A stretch of DNA of 63,787 bases, the filler included, from Collodictyon triciliatum (lineage: Eukaryota): assembly GCA_043381765.1 (NCBI GenBank). It is 8 parts of 8 records of this genome, joined end to end, with 100 filler letters (N's around TTAATTAATTAA, not from the genome) between each part and the next. Parts side by side here need not be neighbours in the genome. Positions count along the whole stretch, not along the records: positions 33,293 to 40,254 come from JBHJMP010000614.1; positions 40,355 to 49,480 come from JBHJMP010000616.1; 6 more parts are not named here. One strand, 5' to 3'. The notes under the pieces are model-generated. The model saw only the letters and a list, made by a program, of their open reading frames with translations. It did not search any database and had not been told where the DNA came from. Shown piece after piece: positions 33,454-46,700 of this stretch; the first letter of the stretch is position 1, and every line of letters begins with the position of its first letter. The translations under genes were made by a program, and so were the position numbers.

Positions 33454-36400
33454 TCGATGCAGAGCTAGAGGAGCTCCATCGCAAATTCAGAATGCTCGAG
33501 AGCGAGAGGAAGTCATACACGGAGGAGTCCCAAAACACTCTCCGTAAACAACGAATCCTTATGGAAAAGTTGAGAAAAGAAAATGAATACCTCAAGGAGC
33601 AACTTGTTCACGTTTGTGCAATTATATATTTTTTTTATCCCTTGTTCTACTAGTATTGATAAAATTCTATATTTTTCTCTACAGGTTGAGGAGCAGAATG
33701 TGGAGAGGTCGGTGACTCAGAGTACTACAATCGCTACCTCCAGACTCCAAGACCAGATTGACGGTTTTTCTTTTGTACTATCCATTGAAGAATGCTATCT
33801 ATTATGCGCAAAATATATTGAAGTCCTGCGATGTAGCTCTCCCTCACCCCTCGTTTTTTCGCGAAAGTATGCATGAATGACGAAAACGAAAGATTTAATT
33901 TTTGGGGTCTCTTTCAAGCATATTTTACTTGATTGCACACATCCATCCAACACATTTTTTTCCGTCTGTTTGCAACCATCCACCAAAGGGCTCACGAAGC
34001 AAGCTGAGCAGGAGAGAAGAAAATTGGATGAGCTTACACGCACCGAAAGCACCCTTCGAGAGAGAGTCGTCCTGCATAGACAGGAGCTAGGAGGGGTCAA
34101 TGCCGTGCATGACACAAGCCTTGCAGTGCTGCGACAGATTCGCTCATTCGAGAATCGGCTAGAGTTGGTTTGTTCCCTTACAACAACATATTCCGTTCAT
34201 GATTTGATTATCTCCAATCATACTTTGGCTATTCCTATACATTTTAATTATTCTTTGTTGTTATTGCCATAACCAGTGTTGTTATCACCGAAATCCTTTT
34301 GTCGATCATATTTTAATGTAAGCATGAATATGATGTCATCGGGGTAGGTTCTCGTGGACCAATTTAAATTCATTGCATCGTCATTCTAAAATGTTCTTTT
34401 CTTTTCCTTTATTTTCTTTCCTGCTTCTAGGCCTTGAATAAATTCAGCGAATCGCTGACACATAACCAGAATTTACGGGGAAACATCGATACTTTGCGGA
34501 AGGAGAGGGTAACCTTCGAAGGATTGTTCAAGAAATTAGAGCGACAGTTGTTTGAAAGAAAGAGGGAAATGGCTGAAATTATCGAATTTTCTAATGCATC
34601 ATATGAGCAAAGGTACTGTTCTCTGAGTATTTGAATGTCTTCGAGGTTATATTATTTAAATACTACGCAACACTATTTTAAAATAAGTTAACATAAAACG
34701 GCCAAAAAAAAAAAACTGGATCACATATTTATTAGATTTTATACAAAGATTTATCATCACTTTTATGAAAAATTATTGCCAATCTAGAGACGAGGCCCAG
34801 AATCGAATCATCCATCTGAAAGAAAAAGCAGACAAAGAAATCGCAGCCTTTGAAGCAGAAGTTCGTGAACTTAACAAAATAATTGAGCAGGATAGAAAAA
34901 TGAAAGGTTCATCCATTATCTACAATCTCTTCATTATCCCTCAAATGAAAAAAAAAAAGATGATGAAATTTGAATTTAATTAATTTCCAGAATCATAACT
35001 CCAACAAAACAACAAAACAAAACAAAACAAAACAAAACAAAACAAAAAATAAAAAATAAAAAATAAAAAATAAAAAATAAAAAATAAAAAATAAAAAATA
35101 AAAAATAAAAAATAAAAAATAAAANNNNNNNNNNNNNNNNNNNNNNNNNNNNNNNNNNNNNNNNNNNNNNNNNNNNNNNNNNNNNNNNNNNNNNNNNNNN
35201 NNNNNNNNNNNNNNNNNNNNNNNNACACAAAAACACAAAAACACAAAAACACAAAAACACAAAAACACAAAAACACAAAAACACAAAAACACAAAAACAC
35301 AAAAACACAAAAACACAAAAACAAGTGCGAAATATGGTCGTAAGAGCCTTGAAATGGTATTACCCTCCCAATCATTTTCTGGACCCTCAAGAAAACCACA
35401 TATACAAAATGACAAATCCTTGTGCAAGACATGATTGATATAGTTAGTAGGAACAAGCAAATCAGCCGACTGGTCCAAGCTTTCACAGACAGACCATGGA
35501 GGCGGAAAGCAGAAAAGTCGATACGAGGCCTTTCGTACAGGATGTGTCCCTTGACCTTATCACTGAGTCTCGTTCTAGCATTGTCGGAGCATATCAGTCC
35601 ACAAGGTTCTTACTATTACTATTACTATTACTATTACTATTACTATAAGTATGACTCTGACATTTTATTTGTATATTTTCCTTGCTTACCAAACTGCTCC
35701 ACTCTTTTGCTCTTTTAGTAAAAAAAATGTACCTGATTTCTCTATCCTTTAGTAAACGATGCCACTTAAAAAATGCGTTATTTGTTACTTTCCTTACAGT
35801 TCTACCTTTTTCCACTTCTCGATTATAATTTATTTCGGTCTTCTTGTGTTGTTCTTTATATTATCTTCATACTTGTATAGGAGTTCAGCGCAATCTGTAT
35901 CATCATTATCATCACTGGGTGGTATTTTTTGGTTGAATCGGATGTCATTATTTAGCAGATCATCACAATCAGTTATTGGTGTGAATAATGAGCAGTGGAA
36001 ACATTGGTATTCTCTCCTAGTTTTGCTTGCGATGATTCCACCCTTAATTTTATCATTAGGTAAACATCTCTATAAACCACCTTTTAGTTATTTTCTGCAT
36101 TCCCGATTTTTTATTTTTGTTACTATTATTATGATTATTGTTATTCTTTAAGTTTAAAATGTTTATTTTTTTCGTATGAAGTCGAAGGAAATCATGAAGA
36201 AAGTGAAAACGTTAGTGGGGGCGACTTTGATAATGAAAAAGGAAGAAAGAAAATATTGTTTTACCACTTATATGGTTCGACTGTGTCCATCGTGTGTTGC
36301 TCTTACGTATTTTGGAGTTACATTCGTATCAAGAGCAGCGGGAGAAATGCAAATTACGTTTCATCTCCCCCGGTCATTCTTCTTCTCTGCAGCAATACCT

Positions 36401-39400
36401 GTGATATCATTTTTGCAGCTGTCACGATAGTGGACTCTCTCAATTATAAGGTTTATAAATTCAATTTTTCTCCGAATAAGACACTTTGTAATTATTCAAT
36501 ATATAATGCCAACCCCACCCCCCTCTACTCAGTGCGAAAGTATATATATGCATAAAATACACGATATGCCTCTTATTACAATCAATATAATGGCATGTCG
36601 CCTTTATATAGAATAAAGCATGTGCAGCCTATTCGACAATCACTCAGTTCTCATTGATTGGCTCTGCTCTATACGGTGTTTCGCTATCAATAGGTTTTTA
36701 ATGAGTTTTTAAGGCTTCTGGGTTGCTAAAAGTAAAAAGCGTACATCAAATGCTAGTTTTGAGTATCTAGTTGATGTAAAATCTGTATTTCTTAACAATT
36801 GGATTTTAATATTATACAACAGACCTTTTGATGGCGATTCAGTTCTCTTTTATGAACCATAAACTCCTCCTCCCCTTGTATCACACTGTTACATTTACAT
36901 TTGGGTGCACTTGCTGTATCGTGATGTTACTATCCGATGCTTATGGATTATCACTCTTCAGGCGATGTTGGATAGAGGCTCTTTGTACTGTGTTAAATAA
37001 ATTGTTCAATAACCGAGTCAGTAATACCCTAGTTATTTTTCAATGAACTAATACCTTTTTTGCGATATAGATCGTGGAAGTGTAAATCCGTACGCTTGGG
37101 CATTAGTTTATGTACCTTTCTTATTTTCGTTCATTGTTGTTATATCAATACTGGTATTTGGATATTATCGACTGGAAGGCGCGAAGTCAAAAAGAAGCCT
37201 GTACGTTTTTTTCTTTTTATTGAAAAAATTATTGTGGAAATTAATGAACTTTTATTAAAAGAGCCAAACAATTATATGCTTACTAATTTCCTTCATTTTT
37301 TAAAAAATGATTCTATCTTTTCATAGGAAAGCTGGGAAGGTTTGATTTCTTTTTAAATCCCAAATTATATTGTTCAAAAGACTAACCCGAAAAATTAATT
37401 TAAAAACGGAACTTAATTTAAGTATCGCGGAGTAGCCAAAAGCCAAAAGCAAAAAAGCAAAAAAGCAAAAAAGCAAAAAAGCAAAAAAGCAAAAAAGCAA
37501 AAAAGCAAAAAAGCAAAAAAGCAAAAAAGCAAAAAAGCAAAAAAGGAAAAAGAAAAAAGAAAAAACAAACTGATGGAATACTTGAAAAACAATATTAAAG
37601 GAGAGCAAGCTTGAAGCGCAATTAAACGTGATACTAAAGAATCAAACAATTCAAACAGGAATTATATGGTTATTTTTATTCTTAATTAATTAATAAATAA
37701 AGAATTCAAAATGCAGGGCATGTTTTATTTTGCTAAATTACCATGAAGCCATATAATAGTTCAATTAACTAAATTTCATAATTAGCACCTACTACCTCAT
37801 CATAGCAGCCCTTTATATGTGGATGTACTTTGAGGATGACAATTTTCCGATCAACGCCAAGCTTAAGTTTCTGGCCAGCTATGTAGATATGAAGGGTCTA
37901 TTTTTGGAAGATAAATGACAGAGCCATTTGAAAGATTTAATACAAACTACCACCTCTACCTGTGGTTCCAACAGGGAAGGGGAATGCACACTATTTTGAG
38001 CTAATTATTTCTCTTGGTGAATTTTTTTTTTTTTTTTGCACAATGCAAACTATTAGCCATACCCATCTCGATTGTGTGGCAAATGAGAATCCCGCCTAAG
38101 CAGGCCATAGAGTTCCAAACCCTGGAGGATTATACTCTCACAAGTATGACCAAAGACATCGCCAATGAAAATAATTCTCAGCTTTGTGCTCCTTTCACAT
38201 TTTTAATACAGAAGAAAATAAAATGCCACCCGAAATAGAACTAGCAGAAGCCAGANNNNNNNNNNNNNNNNNNNNNNNNNNNNNNNNNNNNNNNNNNNNN
38301 NNNNNNNNNNNNNNNNNNNNNNNNNNNNNNNNNNNNNNNNNNNNNNNNNNNNNNNNNNNNNNNNNNNNNNNNNNNNNNNNNNNNNNNNNNNNNNNNNNNN
38401 NNNNNNNNNNNNNNNNNNNNNNNNNNNNNNNNNNNNNNNNNNNNNNNNNNNNNNNNNNNNNNNNNNNNNNNNNNNNNNNNNNNNNNNNNNNNNNNNNNNN
38501 NNNNNNNNNNNNNNNNNNNNNNNNNNNNNNNNNNNNNNNNNNNNNNNNNNNNNNNNNNNNNNNNNNNNNNNNNNNNNNNNNNNNNNNNNNNNNNNNNAAA
38601 ATAAAAATAAAAAATAAAAAAATAACAAAATAACAAAATAACAAAATAACAAAATAACAAAATAACAAAATAACAAAATAACAAAATAAAAACAAAAACC
38701 ATTGAAAACACTATTCCTCTTAAAAAGATTTTCTAAATTCGAGGGACATGTCTGACAGACTTGGAGGGGAGGATAGGAGGAAGAGGAGAACCAAATGTAC
38801 TGCCCCCTTATAGATACGTCATTTTCATCTCTTTTCGAATGGAGCATACTCCCTTCCTTCATATTTTTCGTTTAACATCGCCTCCCTAATAATACCAATA
38901 TGGTATGGTTCAGTGGTATGGGAGTTTACAAATCCGATGGCAGCTTCCATAATTGCCACAGAGCGGGTTTCATCTTTCGAGGCAGGATTTGCAAAAATCC
39001 AGGTTTTCAATTATTTTTAAATACATGCCATGCAAAACAAGCATATAGTACAGAAGCACCAAATATATTGATGAAAGGAAGAATAATAAGCCACAAAATC
39101 TATTATGCAATATAATGAAAAAAATTTCATTTCTTGTTGTTTTGGAGTCTTAATTTTATAACCTCATGTTTCAAAACCTCAATACACAGTGATTCATCTG
39201 ACAGAGCAGAGGATAATTAAGATTGCGATTGGCTGCCAGTAAAATCAATCTCTCAATGTTTTAAATCCAATTTAGGCTGCGACCGGCATCATCGATATAA
39301 ATGACTTTGCAACGACATTTATTCGCGTCGAAGACCAGAATTTCACCACATTCAATTATGTTAATGAGATGAATGTTGAGATAGAAAAAGTTGAGCATCA

Positions 39401-40126
39401 GGTAGGTTGTCAAAACTTTTTTCTTTTAATGACCTTATCATTAATGGCCTTTAAAAGAGTTTATGCAATAATTTTTTTTAAAATTTTGTTAACTTCGTAT
39501 TTAAGTATGATGATTTACACTAACTTTTTTACATTTTATTTGATTCAAAGTCTAGTGATTCGCACTGACGTATTTTAAAATAAAGACACAATAAAAACTT
39601 ACCATACGATACTATGAAGGTGTCAGATGTCAAGGCTGAAATTGAAAAGTTTAAGAGTCAAGGCATGAATACAGACTCACAAAGAAAGAAAGTATTAAAA
39701 GACTTGGGTCTGTTTCTGTCTTGATTTTTATGGCCCTTTTTGCTTGTAATTACAGATATATATTTTAATAAAAGAGGTAGAGCTATTTACAGGGACGAAT
39801 ATTGATATTCTAGACGCTCATGAACACTCACACATATTCCATCGCAGAGGACCGATTACAGAGGACTGATGCCAAAGGGGATTTGTTTGATGCACGACAC
39901 GCATCGATGTAGGGGTTTATATTCATAATTTTTTAAGCAGGAATCTTTGAGACTCGAAGCAAAAATTAGCATAATTGGAATATTGTAGGATAAGAAATGA
40001 GCGGAACAACTTTCCATACCTCCTCATGAGCTTTTATTTTAAAACTATTCAGTAACAATACATTCCTGATGTCGTATTTTTTGTAACAGAATCAAAACAT
40101 TCAATACTTTGAGGCTGAACATTCAG
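33454..40126 (+). CDS. ODAD1: Outer dynein arm docking complex subunit, DC2/ODA1/CCDC114/CCDC63 family (partial at both ends)
   Basis: ELEELHRKFRMLESERKSYTEES; RSFENRLELALNKFSESLTHNQNLRGNIDTLRKERVTFEGLFKKLE; RDEAQ; SFEAGFAKIQ|AATGIIDINDFATTFIRVEDQNFTTFNYVNEMNVEIEK; large intron 34907-38727. Confidence 0.9.
35496..38255 (+). CDS. 7TM receptor of the cAMP-receptor-like/GCR1/GPCR-PIPK type, lying inside the ODA-DC intron
   Basis: Spliced TMs: GSTVSIVCCSYVFWSY; PPVILLLCSNTCDIIFA; ACAAYSTITQFSLIGSALYGVSLSIDLL; LYHTVTFTFGCTCCIVMLLSDAYGLSLFRRCWI; WALVYVPFLFSFIVVISILVFGYYRL; IICTYYLIIAALYMW; 3' end uncertain at the N gap. Confidence 0.75.
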
Positions 40127-40185
40127 GTGCTTCCTTTCATAATCTAAAAATGTAAAAAGAAAAAAGAAAAAAGAAAAAAAAGAAG

Positions 40186-40254
<69 letters not shown>

Positions 40255-40354
40255 NNNNNNNNNNNNNNNNNNNNNNNNNNNNNNNNNNNNNNNNNNNNTT
40301 AATTAATTAANNNNNNNNNNNNNNNNNNNNNNNNNNNNNNNNNNNNNNNNNNNN
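40255..40354. other. Artificial scaffold spacer
   Basis: N-TTAATTAATTAA-N. Confidence 0.97.
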
Positions 40355-40704
40355 AAAAAAGAGAGAGAGAGAAAAAGAGAGAGAGAGAAAAAGAGAGAGA
40401 GAGAAAAAGAGAGAGAGAGAGAAAAAGAGAGAGAGAGAGAGAAAAAAAGAGAGAGAGAAAAGAGAGAGAGAGAGAGAAAAAGAGAGAGAGAGAAAAAAGA
40501 GAGAAAAAAAGAGAGAGAAAAAAAAGAAGAGAAAATGTGAGAAAAAAGGACATTTACATACGTAACTAGCCTCCAAGCAGTTGTTTTTTCTCTCTCACTA
40601 CAGTAAAACCGGCCTTTGATCCAAAGACTCGCCCAAAAAAAAAAAAGAAGGGAAAATACAGAAAGAAAGAAAGAAAAAGAAAGAAAAGCCTCGATCCAGC
40701 CGAA

Positions 40705-43700
40705 ATGCCGCGCCAGAAGGTGACCGCTGCCAAACTTGCGCCGCCGCCAAGCAACAACCGCCGAACCTCTGTGGCAAAGCCAAAGTCGCCCAACGACTCT
40801 CTTGGGCCGTCCAGTGGGAATGCGAGTCGGAGGGTGTCCTCTGTGGGCCAAAAACCCTCTGCTGGGCGCGGCGGGCAGCAGTTCGGCCGCCATGTGCAGA
40901 AGCGCATCCAAGAAAGAGAGCTTTTCCATGCGCTCGAGGTGATGCGGCAGAACGAGCTGGGCGAGAACTTTGAGTTTCAGGCAGGCACTCAGGAGAATCC
41001 AGACGCGATTCCGTATGTTTGGCGCGATTTTATACAAGTTTTTCTTTTTTCTTTTTCTTTTTCTTTTTCTTTTTCTTTTTCTTTTTCTTTTTCTTTTTCT
41101 TTTTCTTTTTCTTTTTCTTTTTCTTTTTCTTTTTTCTCGTAATTTTCAGACGATTTTTATATTTTATATTTATATTTGTAAACAAGAGGGGTATGGAAGT
41201 AAAAAAATCTTTGTCTTTTCTTGTTGGTTTAATGTCAGTTTTATACCGATTTTATGGTGACATTTTGTTGCTTCGATGCTGCTGTTATTTTTAAAAAGGA
41301 TCATATTCTGGATCAATCGAATGATCCAGTATTTTAAATCATGAACCCTGCCTTATTAACCTTTGTGATAAGATATCACTTGCAAGGAAATGTCGATTTT
41401 GAAAGCCCTGAAAATCTAGCCAAGCGCAGGCAACTCAAAAGTCATCCTTGGGTCATTGAAGCAGTGAAAAGGGTCTACTTGAATATATGCCTCATCTTAT
41501 TTTTTATATTAGTATTTTATTTGTAATCTTAGTCAGAATGTTGACATTAACCATTTATACCAATTAGTGCACGAGAGATAATCGTCACAATTATGCTTTT
41601 ATGTTGTTTTTTTTTATACATTTAGATGTTGAGATGTTTAAGTGCATATTGATATTGACGCACATGCATTTCTTTTCTAGTTTTGGAACGTATACGAGAA
41701 GGACGCCAAAAATCATATCTCCAAAAACGAGTATGTTAAAGTAAATATGAACATAAATAAAGCGCTTATTCCGGATATATCGTTTGAAGAGTCCCGGAAT
41801 GTTGCCATGGTTTGTCTCCAGTTATTTTCCCTATTATATGCATCGTATTTCATGCGAATTATTACCTTCAAATATGATACACTAACAAATGGCACAGGAA
41901 GATTGGGAAAATGATGCTAAGGGTGGCAATTCTATGGACTACAGACTTTTCTTTGATTCTCTTTTTGAAATGGCAGATATTTGGTGTGATAATATCGACG
42001 GAGAGGAGTCAGTTCTATATTACACTAATATATGCATTATCATTCCAACATTTTCAGTCATTATATGAATAGAGAAGGCAGAATAAAATTCTATTTTTTT
42101 TTCAACTCTAAAACTCTTATTTAACGCCCTCTCTCACACACACTCTGTCAGGTACGGGTTATTTCTGAGGAAGCTATTTAGAAGAATCACCATTAAGATT
42201 CTCACGATGGCTGATGGAACAACAAAGAAGGTGATGCCCAAGGACCGTCGAGATGAAGATAAGGCCATGAGACTCACACTGCCCGAGGGTGCTCTAAGAT
42301 TTCGATATGTGTGGATTGACCGCGCAGGTTATTACCGTGAAACGATCAAATATAACATTAAGAATCATCTCTATTTCAGCCACTCTTTTCCTTTTGTTTA
42401 AGATTTTTCATAGGCTCATCGTTCATTCATATTGAAGGTGAAAAAAAAAAAGGAGAAACCTAGCAGATATGTGCTAGTATTATAAGACTATGAGTGATCT
42501 AAATAGGATAATTAAACCTTTGTTGCTATGTTAGATATCACTCGAGACATCGACCCTTCACCCAGAGCGCTATCTGCAGCCCCATCAGAGCCAAAATCAG
42601 AAGTAATCCCTGAAGAGAACGTAGAAGCCTCGAAATCAGAAAAGCCCGCCAATATTGTCCCAGTACTTCAAGAAACAAAAGAGGAGACGATCGATGCTGC
42701 ACCAGAGCAACCAACCATATTGATCAGAGGAGATTCCCAATCGTGCGGTTTTTTCTGTGCCATTCATTCAATTTTTTTGAGGCATAACACATAATTTTAG
42801 CGGAGTCCAAGATAGTTTTAATGAATATATCGGCTTATCTCGTCGTAGTATTTGCCTCAGGAATAACTGTGATAATAAATACGTGTAGGTCTTCACAAGG
42901 CAATTCCTCATCCAACCTGCTTTCTAAACTGAGAAAAGCCTCAAAGTTTGCCAATGTCATGAAAGCGATGACCACTCGAGTTCTACCTCCTGTTGTGATG
43001 GCTTCTGCCACTTTTGATATAGAGGTTTTTATTTTATTTTTTTTCCTATGGAGCTAATTTGAAAGCACACTTGCATCATAATTTAGATCAGGATATTAAA
43101 AAAAAAAAAAAAAAGGGAGAGAAGTAAGTGGTGTGGCTCATGAATCTTATAATTTTTCAGGAAAATGACACAGCACTAGAAGATGCAGACACCACAAATG
43201 AATTCAAACATGAGACAATCCAGGAAGAGGATGAAGATGAAGGAGTTACGGGAGAGTCTAATATGAATGTGGAAGAAAGTGAATACATCGAGAATATAAA
43301 CGCCTCACAGCAAGAGGGGAACCTAGATGCAACAGAAGAAAACTCGTCTCCACAGCCCCATCGCCCAGCCAGCATCTCTATCGAATCAGAGGGAAATGAG
43401 ACTCAGGAAGATAGAATCCCCGATAAACGCTCATCGCCGCACGATGGTAGGGCTCAAATATCCTTGTTTTTTTTCCCCCGATAATTATTGAAAGTGAACA
43501 GATTATATCACTTATTAATAATTCATTCTTTTCTACATAATCCCCTTTGAAGATTCTCTTGCCTCTGGGTCTACCAATACATCTTCGAAGATGAAACTCT
43601 CACTCGGGAGTTCGTCCGATATTGCTGGAAATAACACGTCAAAAAGGAGTCAGAAAAATATGCTGTCCGGAAAGTTTTCTGTCAAAACCACACCAAGTTT

Positions 43701-46700
43701 AAAGGATGTGAGTGCAAAAGACGGGGCTACAAGCCAGTCACGCAATCCTTCCTTCAAGGAAAAGTCCCCATCCGCGAGTGTAACAGGCTCGGGAACAACA
43801 ATGGGTAGAAGAACTCTGCGTGCGATGGTCGGGAGTAAAAACTTATTCGCCCCAGACGGTTCGGACACACAGTCCCAGTCTCCATCATCCTCATCGATGT
43901 CTCCTTCAGGCGCCCCTAAAATTCCGACCGTAATTCCTTTTCTATGCTATTTTATCTGCTAAAATATTCTTCAGCACACGTAATTAATATCATATTGCTG
44001 AACAATAATTGTAACGATTTCTTTCGTATAATTCCATTGTTGCATATTTAACGAGATTTGCGTGAATTTATGTATGCAATTACCATCAGATCTAACCATA
44101 TTTTATTTTAGACAACAAAAAGTATCCTGATAACCCTCACTTTTGAATAGACATTCAAAGCCCTTGCAGCCGCTAATATCCTATTGAGAAGAGCTGGTGG
44201 AAAAGTTTTTTCGTTATCTGATATTCACCCCGGCAGTTCTGAAACTGGACAAAATGTGGCAAATTCACAATTAAAAGAAGACGCCCAAGAGAATGAACCC
44301 GATTCTCAATCAAACACAGCTGAAGAAAGGAATGGCGTTGAGCAAGATAAGACAGAAGAAGATAATTATGAAAGGACCATGGATAATGACGAATCTTCTC
44401 GAAAAGAAGTAGACCAGGTCTTTCTTATTATTTTGCTCCTTCTTTATTTTTGTCTTTGTATTTTTGTCTTTGTATTTTTGTCTTTGTATTTTTGTCTTTG
44501 TATTTTTGTCTTTGTATTTTTGTCTTTGTATTTTTGTCTTTGTATTTTTGTCCTTTTTTAGTTTGTTTTCTTTCTTTCTTAATCTAAAAAAAAAAAATAT
44601 AGGATGAACTCCTAGAAGAAATGCAAGAGCAACAAGACATCAAAGTTGGTTTGTATGGAGCTAATCCTTACAAACAAGATTTTCATGATGCTGATGAAGA
44701 AGAAGATAATGAAGCAAGAACAAATACTTGGTGCATACTAATATCAGGGAAGCCTGGTTGTGGAAAAACGGATGTTGCCAAGTAAATTCCACATCAAATT
44801 ACTTGAATGCAGACACACATAGTCGAATGTTAAATATTGAAGCAAATTCCTATCATTATTTTTTATAACAAACTACCACTGTTTTTTTTTTTTTTTGGAA
44901 TTACCATAATAGAGCTTTGGCAGAAAAAACCAAAATGGTATATTTGAACCCGACTGATTTGATTGAAAAGGCTTATAAAGGACTTAGTATCTATTCAGAA
45001 CAGGTAATTTTGAGGAATTTACAACAATAGCATCCTCTAGTCGTATGCTGGTTTCTTTGTATTGATTAACGAGATTTTATCACTCTGATTTGAGGTGCTG
45101 GACTGCCTTGCCAATGGTGGTGCCATTACCAGCGAGCTAAAAGTGAAGCTCTTTCAAGAGGCCATCAAATCTTCCGATGTCGCATTTAAAGGTGCAACAC
45201 CAAAATTTCTCAGTCACACTCTAAAAACTGATATTTGATTCAAGGTGCTGGCATATATGCGAAAGGCTAGAAAAGACTTAAACGTTTCGAATTACAGGAT
45301 GTGTCATCGATGATTACCCCTCAACTACAGACGAATTAAAAGCTCTAGCAAATATGGAGAAGCCCATTCGACATGTTGAGCTTGAGATTCCGAATGAGGA
45401 TGCCTTTGATCGAATTAATGGGAGAATGGTTGCATTAACAATTATTAAGATTAAAAAATTAATCACACAGTTTATTGAAGGATTTTTTTATTCATGACGC
45501 AAATAAATATTGATTTATTACACTATCTGATTCCTTGTTTTTATTTGGTTTTTTAATTTGGTTTTTTTATTTGGTTTTTTTTATTTGGTTTTTTTTATTT
45601 GGTTTTTTTTATTTGGTTTTTTTTATTTGGTTTTTTTTATTTGGTTTTTTTTATTTGGTTNNNNNNNNNNNNNNNNNNNNNNNNNNNNNNNNNNNNNNNN
45701 NNNNNNNNNNNNNNNNNNNNNNNNNNNNNNNNNNNNNNNNNNNNNNNNNNNNNNNNNNNNTGGTTTTTTTATTTGGTTTTTTTATTTGGTTTTTTTATTT
45801 GGTTTTTTTATTTGGTTTTTTTATTTGGTTTTTTTATTTGGTTTTTTTATTTGGTTTTTATTTGTTAGTTTCGTATGTTAAAATTTTTGAATCTACAACG
45901 CCATAGATTGACCCTGAAACTTGGACTGTGCACAACAGTCGCTTACTTAAAGATGAAATTGACGCAAAAGTGAAAAAGCTGCAAGATGGGGAAGAAGATG
46001 AAAAACAGGAAGACGATGCAGATGTTAATGAAGATGGCACAGAAAATGCATCCTCATCGAAACCTGTTGACCCAGCTGACCTTTTATCAAGGTACAAATA
46101 TAACATGAATATAAATATTAGTACTTGATTTTTTCTCAGATTTTGGAGTTTGACCCGAGTTGCACTATTACTTACGTAGATTGATTGGTCGTCCTGAGGA
46201 TAAAGATTCTGCCTTAATGGCGTCGATCAAAAATTACCAGACTCTAGAATCTGATGTAACGTTGCTGCAGCAAGAACTGCAACCCAAGTCTGTGCAATCC
46301 TACAAAGTTGATGCTCTCCAGGCGATACCTGACATTATCAGCAATATACAACTGCTGCTCGATAATGTCCCGCTTCCTCGACTCCCAAAGAGACTCAACG
46401 TAGATGATGCAGGTTTTAAAATTATTAAAGAAAAATGGATAAACAGGGTAAAGGGGATATTTTGGATAAACAGTCCATCATAATGCTTATGACTTTGTAA
46501 ATGTATTACAGGTTTTCATGTATTTTCGTCTCAGATATTTAAATAGTCGTGTTGAAAATAGTAATTAAATTATGGCCTTTTATTTCAAGAACGGACGGAC
46601 ATGATACAAAATTTAAAGACGGTTGATATCATCGAGGGATATCCTCGAGAAATGTCAAGGTTTGCCGAGTATTGTCCTGTTTCATACTCTGAGACCGAGA

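Noticed and set aside
36060-36274. Non-canonical GT-TG intron in the receptor gene (LSL G|STVS)
   Set aside because: An in-phase AAG acceptor at 36241 gives an open, plausible frame, so TG is not required.
38825-39010. Minus-strand 61-aa ORF MKTWIFANP
   Set aside because: Antisense shadow of the ODA-DC2 exon 38914-39002.
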